A DNA stretch of 63,994 nt, counting the filler, from Lenisia limosa (taxonomy: Eukaryota > Protista > Breviatea), in the NCBI GenBank assembly GCA_001655205.1. It is 13 parts of 13 records of this genome, joined end to end, with 100 filler letters (N's around TTAATTAATTAA, not from the genome) between each part and the next. Parts side by side here need not be neighbours in the genome. Positions count along the whole stretch, not along the records: positions 48,711 to 54,608 come from LPNZ01007235.1; positions 54,709 to 61,554 come from LPNZ01002010.1; positions 61,655 to 62,808 come from LPNZ01002398.1; positions 62,909 to 63,994 come from LPNZ01000941.1; 9 more parts are not named here. One strand, given 5' to 3'. Shown here in pieces: positions 54,163 through 63,994 of this stretch (positions are counted from its first letter, which is position 1; every line of letters begins with the position of its first letter). Under the pieces are notes generated by a model. The model had not been told where the DNA came from, ran no database searches, and saw only the letters and a program-made list of their open reading frames with translations. The position numbers were made by a program, and so were the translations under genes.

Positions 54163-54779
54163 CCCCACCTTATACCCCGCCCCGCGCGTGATATTTATGG
54201 TGAGTTTATGGTACCCTTTGTGTTCTTATGTTTCCCAGATTTCTTTATAATATATTCTTGTCCCCACACCTTAATACTCCCCCCTCCAGCCTCTGGCTGT
54301 AGTTAAAAAATAATTGTTCTGAACAAAATAAAAGGTTAACTACAGAGATTTTTTTTCAAGAGCCTCCCTATTTTTCTATACACCCACGGCTCATCTAAAA
54401 AGGGGATGACAGCGTCTGTAGTTAAAGAATAAAAAGGGACAAAAGTCTATTTTTTTTTGAACAAAATTAAAAAATAAAAGGTAAATTTTTGCAACTACAG
54501 ACGTGTATTTGAAGCCCCCCCCCCCTCCCCACTTTGATACACCCAATATTCTCGGGGCTCTTAGCAGACTCCTTTGGTCCGGCGGCGGCATTGGATTGCA
54601 CCAGGGCTNNNNNNNNNNNNNNNNNNNNNNNNNNNNNNNNNNNNNNNNNNNNTTAATTAATTAANNNNNNNNNNNNNNNNNNNNNNNNNNNNNNNNNNNN
54701 NNNNNNNNTGTTGGGGGTTTGTTTATATTATATTTTTTTATTATTTATCACACACCCAGATTGGTGGACCTGGCATTGA

Positions 54780-54965
54780 TGTGTGGCGTTGACTCACCGA
54801 AGAATCCGGCACACTATCTTCGGGCGCTACCCCATAAGGTGGGTGACTCTCCTACGGCGGTTTTGGGGAACCACCGGCTGTTCCCCATAGCCAAGTTTGG
54901 GTTTGCCCTCCTAACCTTCCAGGCTTTCTTGTGTGGCGTTGACTCACCGAAGAATCCGGCACACT
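54780..54965 (+). repeat. 36-bp perfect direct repeat, two copies 150 bp apart
   Basis: TGTGTGGCGTTGACTCACCGAAGAATCCGGCACACT at 54780-54815 and 54930-54965. Confidence 0.85.
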
Positions 54966-57880
54966 GCGGCAATGTTTGAGGGGGGGGGGGCTTTGAGTGT
55001 TGCCTTTTAAGTAATTCTTATTATCTTATGATAAATCTACTATGCTTATACATGTATATGAAAGGCCTGTGATAGGATCCAAGGAGGATTGATATCAAGC
55101 ACTAATATGATACACAATCCAAAATGAAATGCAAAGAATTTCATGACACTCCGGTGTGTACATAAAATATCATTTAAATACGTAAGACAGCGCTCGTTTT
55201 TCGAAAAAAAGACACTCGAATGACCTAAAGGACAGCACAGAAGCTTTGAATTCATAAGACAGCATGCGACAAGCTGAAGTCCCTGTTCCTGGGTCGAGAG
55301 CAAGAAATGTATTTTGAGACCTATAAACAAAGTATGTAAACTCCTTGATCAACCAACCCCAACCCAGCCAGCCGGTCAAGACATATAAGAAGATTCCCCT
55401 GCATGACATACCACTGGGTTAATAAGAACCACAAACTATGACTCAACATACCTCAGAATACTTTCCATTCGCCCTACCCCCGCAATGGCCCTTGAGTGCA
55501 AGTAACCCAACAACATGTTGGCAAATGACGCGCCTGTGCGCATCACTGCTTTCAGGTACACCAGCAAGCCTTCACGGGCAATGTCTTCGCCACATTTTGA
55601 CTGGCGTATTAAGAACTCATAGAGTCTATCCCTGACATGCTTGACTTTCTGTATTTCAGTTAGAGGACACCTAACTGAGTCAAACGTCTCAAACCTGCCT
55701 ACCCTTCGCTCTTTGTACGTCAACGAATGTCTATCCATCTCTTCTAAGCTGAAGCATTATCAGACAGAGGATCGGAACAAACATAAACAAGAACATTTAT
55801 TTAAATAAATTGCAAACCTGAAAGGTCTACCCATTCGCGATTGAGCTGCAACTTTTGCTTCAGATAAGGAGAGTAGACCTGGCCACGGTGTATTGTTTTT
55901 ACTTGGGATATACTCGCCCTGGTCACATTGGAAAGTAAACGTGGTAGAACGCCCTATAAAACCGAAGTCAGACAAGAAATTCACCAATAAACTCATTACA
56001 AATAAGTACCAAAAACTTGAAACCCAAAAACTTGCCCATGTTGTCAAGATCAGAAGCCTATTGAGGTGGTAAGACAAAGAACTAAATCAACAAATCAAAA
56101 AAACCAGGTAATTTTGCGAAAGGTCAGGGCAGACTTCGGCCCGAACACAGCCGACACTTATGCTTGGCTCCTTCAAGCTTTCATGGCCGACGAGGCGAGC
56201 CTTACGCCCTTGGTTGTTGATTTTTTACTGTCGTTGGGGAGGTGGTTACAAGCTTTGGGAACTTCAGAAACTTAGCATTGGTGTCCCCATCCTCCTCCTG
56301 GACAACGAGACAAGTTCCATTTTGATGATAGTGCTGACTTGGAATTTAACCATTACAATTCAACATTGACATCACGTGGCAGGTCCAGAAGCCAATCGCC
56401 TTCTCCAGGTATTGACTGGTTCCTTTCGACAAATAGCCTACAAAGTTGTATGAGGGGTGGGGTCTAATCCAGTATCCTACTGAAATACACTTCCGTGAAC
56501 TTCCTTCGTGGAATCCGGTGCGAATGGTCCCATCATCGGTATACATATCCTTTAATCTTCTTAGAGAGGGTGACTTCCACAGATATTGTCCGTGACGGGG
56601 GCATAAAGGTCCAAACACCATTCTTCTTGGGTTCAGAAACAAATAAAACACAGCAACAGCAAAACAAAGTATTCCCTCCATACCACATGTAATTATCCAT
56701 CTGGAAGTTTGATACCATGTTACCCGAAATTCTACATCTTCTTCGTCGAACTCGACCTTCGTTCACAATGATGGGCCAGGGGCGAGTCCGCGTAGTAGCC
56801 GGCAGCTGCCAGGAGAAGTACAATGTGTTGGCCGTTAACGATGCCGACGCGTATGTCGACAAAGGCAGCCCGTGGGCTGGATTAATCTTCGTGTGGAAAG
56901 GAATAACGATAAGACGACGTTAGAACACACCAGGACATAGGAGGCAGTATCTTACCGGGGACAGGCGGATCGGCAACAGGTGGATCGGCAGCTGGAGGAC
57001 CGGCTGCAGGCGGAGCGAAAGGATAGGGGCTTGTTTAACCTTGCCTCCATAGAATTTCAGGAAATTTCCAGTGCTGGATAATGAAGCCAACATCTCAAGA
57101 ATGTTAAGGAAATCGGCATAGTTGTTATACTTTTCAATATCAGATTCAATTGTGTAAGAACCAGCGACACTACCATTGGTGAGAATGCTCTGTTGGAAAG
57201 TGAATTTTCCAGGAATAGTAAATCCCAATAGTTTATCACCAAAAGAAGATGAAAGGATAAAAGTCCAGCCTTTGCTAGATTTCCCATTTACAACACCATT
57301 ATTGATGCTCTTCTGAAGTGTTTGGAAATTAGATGCTTCACCAATACCAGGAGTGGCTTGGAGAACTTTACCAATATTTGATGGAACACCTCCCATCAGA
57401 GCGGCAGCCTCAGGCTCCTTGCTCAAGACGGCTGGACAGCGTTAGAACACACCAGGACATAGAAGGCAGTATCTTACCGGGGGTCCCATCATCGGTATAC
57501 ATATCCTTTAATCTTCTTAGAGAGGGTGACTTCCACAGATANNNNNNNNNNCTATCCAACTAGAAGGTCCGGAAATCACTACGTTATCGCCCTTCTCGAC
57601 GATATTGTCTTATAGAATTGACATAATCATATATCATCCAGGCCTTTCATATACATGTACGTATGAATGGACTCTATTGTTTTTGTTGGGGTTTTTTTTT
57701 ATTATGATTACGTGCAATCTCTTAGACACCAGTTGAAATAAACTAATTTGTCAGGTCCGACTTGTTCAGATGGCTCCGATCTACTTCTCTTCGTTTCAAT
57801 ACATTGCCTATCATAGTTCATCCATTGCTGTCGAAGACTAGTATATTATTTTTTTATTGTTAATTTTGCAGCCGGGGGGC

Positions 57881-57968
57881 GGGTTTCTGACACTTTTGAA
57901 ACCCTAGCAAATTTTACTAGGGTTTCTGACACTTTTTGAAACCCTAGCAAATTTTGCTTGGGTTTCTC
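57881..57968 (+). repeat. Tandem 39-40 bp repeat (about 2.3 units), each unit a GGGTTTC/GAAACCC stem-loop
   Basis: GGGTTTCTGACACTTTT(T)GAAACCCTAGCAAATTTT(A/G)CT(A/T) repeated. Confidence 0.8.
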
Positions 57969-58708
57969 GCGAGGGACACCACAATGTGTGAGTTCTAGAC
58001 CTACCCCAAGGTGAATATTTTTTTAATTTTATTTTTTTTGTTGATCTTGCCTTGATAATAGTTATATAAAATCAGCAAAAGAGACTGCACTTTAGTATTT
58101 CTCTCCTAATCAGGATTTCTTAACAATTTAGAGCGGTCAGAGCGTCAGGCGCTTTCTATGACACTACGATTCTACTATTGTACCTCTCGAGAAGGAGCGA
58201 ACCTTTTATCTTTATGAAGAATTCAAGATGCTCAAATGTAAGCAGCAGCTATGGGAGTTTCTCTTGTTCCAAAATATAATTTAATTCAAATTGAGTGATT
58301 TTGATAGAGTTACCTGGACTTTATTATTGTAAGTCCAATAGTAAGGTATTATGAGGGACCTACTGTTACTGATTCACTTTAAGAAACCAGAATAGAGCGG
58401 CCTTGAAAATCATGAAATTTTGTCTCAAAATTCACTTTACAAGCCGTTGTTACACAATCTAGAAAATCTGGATCTCTAAAATGCGGCAGCACACTTGATA
58501 CCTATGTCCGGCTGATTGTCAACCGCCTCCCACCCTGATCAAGGCTGGTCACCAACCATCTTGGTGAGTAAACGGTTTGCGTTTCCATCAGTATTTACTA
58601 GAGCTCCGGGCAATTAATATTAATATTAATATTAATTAATATGCTGCTGCACGGAAACCGTGTCATTTATGAGAAACCGTGTCATTTATGATTTTTCGNN
58701 NNNNNNNN

Positions 58709-60189
58709 GCTGGGAGCTTCTTGGCCCTGGAGGGACGTTTCTTGGAGGGATGTTTCTTGGATGACGACTTGGCCTTCTTCGGATGTGGTTGAAAGTCCCC
58801 AGCGTTGACCAGCTTCTCAAGTAGGCATCCATCTTCTGATACGTAGTAGTATCGAAACTGTACCGGTAGCCAACTGGGGCCAACATGTAACGCCGAAAGA
58901 AAGGCATCCTGGGGGAACATTGTTTTTGACGCCCTCAGGTACGCCATTACGAAGTTCTCCACTTCATTCCCTTGCGTGGTATTCTCATTTGTAATGTAAC
59001 TGCTCTTTCCCCGTCCTGCCATAAGGTCAACGACCCTAGCCAAGTGGCAAACATCGGACAACGAGAATTCCGACTTCTTAACGGCGTTAACAATGTCCTC
59101 ATCCATCGAGGCCAAAAAATCAATACCTCGGAAGCCGAAGGGTCCGCCATTGATAACATGTCGGGAAATGTGGCCGGCCAACTCAGGCGGAGGGATTAGC
59201 TTGATGAGGTTTCGCCTCCGCGAACTACTTTGCTGTAATCCAAGGAAGCACTGCGGTCGGAGCATGACGCTGGCGGTCTTAGAAATCTGGACAGCCGGCA
59301 CTTGCAACGACTCGGGCCTCTCACTGAACTCGGTTGAACTGTTGATGACAAGGAGGTGTCTCTTTAAATCATGGTTGTCTTTAACTGTGGAATAGCCGGT
59401 AACTGCCTTGACTAAGGCGGATCTCAGGGTCCCTGCCTTGTACGGTACGCCACCGACCAGCCCGGCCAGAATGAGATCCGCTCTTGGGTTGCCGTCAAAC
59501 ATGTGTCTGGACTCGGTCTGGATTTTTGCGGAGATCATCCTTGCTACCGTGTCATCGTCGTCAAGGTTGCATGCCGTCAGCTTCAGGACCAGAACGGGGA
59601 TACAGCCTTCGGAATCCACGTGCTTTTGTATGTGGTGACGGGCGAAAGGATCGCAGTCCCTCAAGGTCTGTAGCCTGTGAAGGCCGTCCACAATTACATC
59701 TGGCTGACCTTCGCGCTCCAGTAACGTGCATATGTGGTCGTGCGTAGACTCATCGGGAGAGGCTGCCATCACCGCGACACCTCTTATGGAAATTGCCCTA
59801 GTAGACCTGGTCGACAACTGGACGACGTCATCCAGCTTGCGTTGTTCAATGGTCCGCGTAAAGCATACACTTGACATTGCTGCGGCGGTGGCGGTGTAGG
59901 CCCATGGCACTGGACTGGTGTTCACCTCGCTATTCCACATGAAGGCTGGAACAAGGTTTTGGTGATTACCTTCTTCAGGTCTCAATAGTAGCGATGTTGA
60001 GACCTGGATTGACGCTGGTGTCGTTGTATTGACTCCTGGGAGTGTCAGGAGAAAAGCGGCCACGTTAGCAGGATCAGCGCCAGGGTCGTCAAGGGAATCA
60101 AATTTTAGTGCCAGCTGTACAAGGTTAGCTGACGAGAGAATGTCTGAATATTCCATTACACACAGTTCGGGCGGTCCCGCCTGCGCCAA
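58709..60189 (-). CDS. Long ORF with a ParB/sulfiredoxin-like motif; probably the last exon of a larger, frameshifted spliced gene reaching about 61460
   Basis: AISIRGV...DVIVDGLHRLQTL...CIPVLVL (59671-59697) and a K-rich C-terminus. An upstream open frame joins by a single frameshift near 60190, with an AG acceptor near 60480. Confidence 0.55.
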
Positions 60190-61654
60190 AGATGTAGAGC
60201 ATTGTTCTCGCGGCGTGAATCGGGGCAGCCATGACTCAGCCTGTGAAGGTAGACATGGACCCTCTTGAGCAGGCCTTTGACGAAGCCTACGCGCGGCGTT
60301 TTAGCGAGAGTTGCCTGCGTGAGCGTTACTTGCACCTGCTGTTCATTGGTAACCGGCCCGTCGAGAAGGTGAGCAACAAACGGACTCTCCCTGCGCTCTG
60401 CGAGGTCGCGATCGATGTAAGCGATTGGCTTGCTTCAGCGTCGCAACGTTGGTTACCAGGAACTACACAATCGTCAACCTATTGATAGTAAAAAAAAAAA
60501 AAAAAAAAAAAANNNNNNNNNNNNNNNNNNNNNNNNNNNNNNNNNNNNNNNNNNNNNNNNNNNNNNNNNNNNNNNNNNNNNNNNNNNNNTCGCGGGCTAC
60601 AAGGTTGTTGCCCTCCAGAGGAAGCTTGAAATTCCGCCGCAAGTTGACAGTCCCTTGGCTTACACTTCACCAGACTGTCGTACACCTGCTTTTGTAGGCG
60701 TACATGCGAGATAAAATTGTTATCTTGGAAGAACAGTAAAAGGTTGACCCAAACTCACCTCCACCTTCGTCGTGGCACCATCCGTCATTATGAGATACAC
60801 CTCGTAGTGATCCAACGGCATCCTTGGGAAGATGCATCCAAGTAAGGAGTTGCATGAACGACATGCGTTCTCGGCGAGCAACACCAGACTAAACGGCGGT
60901 TAGTATCCAAGTTTGTCAACCTCGGGCACACCACAAATACGCCTTGCAGTTTTTCGTAGCCGCCTACCCCTGACGGTTGCCGCCATGTCAAGAACGACAG
61001 CCACATATAAGCAAAGATGTCCTTATGGTGGAGAACGTGCCACAGGTAAAGTCGCAGGTCTTCGGCGAGACTCATGACATGGTGAACGTGTAAGAACCGC
61101 CGCAGCCTGTTGGCCAATTGACGGACCTTCTAGAAACAGGTGAAGACAGTCGTTTTTGACAATGTGCTAAATGACACGCCCTGTTACCAACCCTGTTTTC
61201 GATTTTGCGCCATATCGTCAAATGACGCCAGCTCAGCAACAGCTAGACAAAAGTTAGGACTGGTTGCTTGCCTACGAGGGAGGTCAACCCAGGTTGTGTC
61301 AGGTGGTAACGCAGCCTGTAGGTCCGCAAACGAGACTCTGTTCTTGAACTGACTGTCATCAAGTGGCACATCCCCCGGAAACAGTTTGGGTATTTTGCTG
61401 AAGTCCGCCGCCGATGACTGGAACGTTAGATACAACCTCGTCCAGCAGCTAGGCCTCACCCTTGATTGAGCACGGGGAGCAGCGTCAGTCTTGGACGATC
61501 ACACACGAAGGTAAAATAGTTGGTGGAAAGAGTGTGGAAATTACCCCCCCCCCCNNNNNNNNNNNNNNNNNNNNNNNNNNNNNNNNNNNNNNNNNNNNTT
61601 AATTAATTAANNNNNNNNNNNNNNNNNNNNNNNNNNNNNNNNNNNNNNNNNNNN

Positions 61655-62808
61655 GTCCCTGACCAACCCACCAGTCTTCCGATGGTTGAAGAAAGCGAGC
61701 CAATGGACGGTGTCCAGGGCGCGATTGAATGGGATCATGGACCTCTACCGCGTCCTACTTCACCCTCACCACAATCCATAGCCTCCCAGGTTGATGAGCC
61801 AACTGAGGATTCTGTTATGTCTCCTACGTCTCCCCCACTCAGCCCTCCACCAACTTTGGGTATGTAGGGGCGTGTAAATTATCTCCTTTGATTGTTTTTT
61901 TTTTTTTTTCAGTTAAAAGCACANNNNNNNNNNNNNNNNNNNNNNNNNNNNNNNNNNNNNNNNNNNNNNNNNNNNNNNNNNNNNNNNNNNNNNNNNNNNN
62001 NNNNNNNNNNNNCCCTTTACTGAAGGTGTCACCATTGCGTTCAACATGGAAGATGATGAACCGAGTAGCTACGAAGAAGAGGCAGGTTCGGCGTTTGCTG
62101 CAATCGGGCTCCAGCCCGAGGCACATGCTTCTCCCGTGCCGATACGAACACAGCTCTCGGATCCTACACTTCTTGACAAACTGATTAATGGTGATGACGA
62201 TGAACCTGATGAGTCGACTGTCAGTGATGAGACCCCTCCTGAGAAGACGGCGTCCCCTCCTTCCGGTATGAGTGGGCTTTACTTCGTTTGCTGTGATGAT
62301 ATTCAGTCGGTGTGTTGATTTAGCAATATTGGTTCCTCTGTTGTTACTCACTAGTGATCATTCATGAATGTGAAGACAATGACCCCCCGATTGACTCTCC
62401 CACCGCTAACCCAAGTAAGTCAACACACGGGTTACAAAAATTGAAACCTCAGAAAAACGTGAATTAATCCCCTTTGATGATATTTTTTGGAACCCTGAAG
62501 AGTCCCGTTTTCATTCAGTTTTAAGTGACTTGTTTGAGACACTAATGCAATCACAGGGAAGTCACCACTCTCATTAGATACAGCGGTGCCGCCACCTCTC
62601 TCGTTTGTCAAACGAAACTCCCTTTTTGAAGAGTAGGATTTGTCCATTGAATGCTCTGATAATAAACAAAAATAGCGAGTATTGTTGATCATCTTTCAGT
62701 TATTGTTAACATATTTTACCGTGCAGGGATCCTGATTTTGGTCGTGCCATGACTCCTGAACTAGAAGAATCTGATTCAGATGATGATGAGGTGAGTTGAC
62801 CGGAAATC
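61655..62808 (+). CDS. Acidic Ser/Pro-rich low-complexity exons of an unknown gene
   Basis: Segments PRPTSPSPQSIASQVDEPTEDSVMSP|GTATGT and DDDEPDESTVSDETPPEKTASPPS|GTATGA, each ending at a GT donor. Confidence 0.35.
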
Positions 62809-63994
62809 NNNNNNNNNNNNNNNNNNNNNNNNNNNNNNNNNNNNNNNNNNNNTTAATTAATTAANNNNNNNNNNNNNNNNNNNNNNNNNNNNNNNNNNNN
62901 NNNNNNNNAGATAACACCCCTTGAATATGATATAAATAGTATAATATCGTATTATATAATAATAGTATAGTATAATATAGCAGTATATGAATCTCTCAAT
63001 AACCCCTCCAGATGACACCGATGGGCGACTCCGAGCCAAAAACACCCCAAAATGCAGGCCTCACGCCAACACCCGGGTCTCTACCCTGCACCCCGATGAG
63101 CACCCTACCATGGCCCTCGCAGCGCCTCCCGGGCTACCTTGCTAAGTCCGTAGCACCCATGTCCAACCCGGGTACTCCTGTCAGATTTGCGAACTCCGGT
63201 ACGTCGGCGGAGGGGGGGGTAAAATTGGACATTTTATGAGGGGGTGAGTGTGGTAGAACTAGAACTGTAATGGACATCAATTGAAGCGGCACTGGTCAAA
63301 AGGAGAATGTATTATCAGACTGAGTGCAACAACTGTGGTTCAAATTAACCATAATTAGTACTAGAGACAGTGGTTAAATGAACCATAATTAGTACTGGAT
63401 GAAATAATGATAAATAATATATCATATTATATCAAATATTTCATTATATGAAATGGGTTTATTTTGCGAAATGTCAATTGCAGACCATTGTGTTTTAATC
63501 TTGTCAGATTCACATAATTAAAGCCTAAGTCCCAACATTACTCTGGTTTGGATTGCTTCCGCCAGATACCACAGATTACCTTGGTGCTTTGTCCGCACTT
63601 TCACCTGATATAGGCATGAGATCTCTGGAATCTGAAGATGACTCTGACTCAACACCAAATGCCACTCCCCTTTCCTCCTTCCCTCAAAGCTCGGTTGGCT
63701 GGGTTGACTTTTTTGGGTTAACAATTAAGATTAAAAAAATAATTTTGAATTTTGGAATGGGACATATTCTAACGAAAACTCCACCATAATTTCTCCAAAA
63801 CAATAATAACACAAAGTCCTTTTTAAGAATAAGAAAATACATCAAACAATTTTGTGGAATACCAATAATACATAGGGATATCATAACCAATATTGGGATG
63901 TAACAACTCTCCGTAAGTTTTGCAAATGACAAAACTTGCAACAATTTGAGTTGAATGTCGTTTTTTTTTTTTTTCGTTTTTTTTTTTTTTTTTT

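Noticed and set aside
58654-58693. 20-bp tandem GAAACCGTGTCATTTATGA
   Set aside because: Adjacent to a 10-N gap; likely a contig-overlap artefact.

Overview
This window is not one contiguous locus. It is 13 short scaffolds of an intron-rich, AT-rich microbial eukaryote, joined by artificial 100-nt spacers (N44-TTAATTAATTAA-N44). Host scaffolds carry spliced genes for LAMTOR3, a cNMP-binding protein, a Sin3 PAH protein, TM9SF, a PQ-loop transporter, a furin-like Cys-rich surface protein, tyrosine aminotransferase, and a kinase directly upstream of a Bub2/Cdc16-type TBC domain. They also carry a dispersed MITE family and a decayed pogo-like transposase. The standout is scaffold 31476-47194, an intronless, apparently intact Maverick/Polinton-type DNA virus of at least 14.7 kb. 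It encodes a double-jelly-roll major capsid, a penton, a retroviral-type integrase, a vOTU-pPolB-SF1 helicase-GIY-YIG polyprotein and, unusually, a single ORF fusing the A32 packaging ATPase to the maturation cysteine protease. Many of its genes share a TT(T/C)CTATAAA-like motif just upstream of the ATG, and several gene junctions carry A/T hairpins, reminiscent of giant-virus/virophage transcription signals. The left end is cut by the scaffold edge, so TIRs, TSD and integration cannot be shown here. All protein assignments rest on motif recognition by eye, not database searches.
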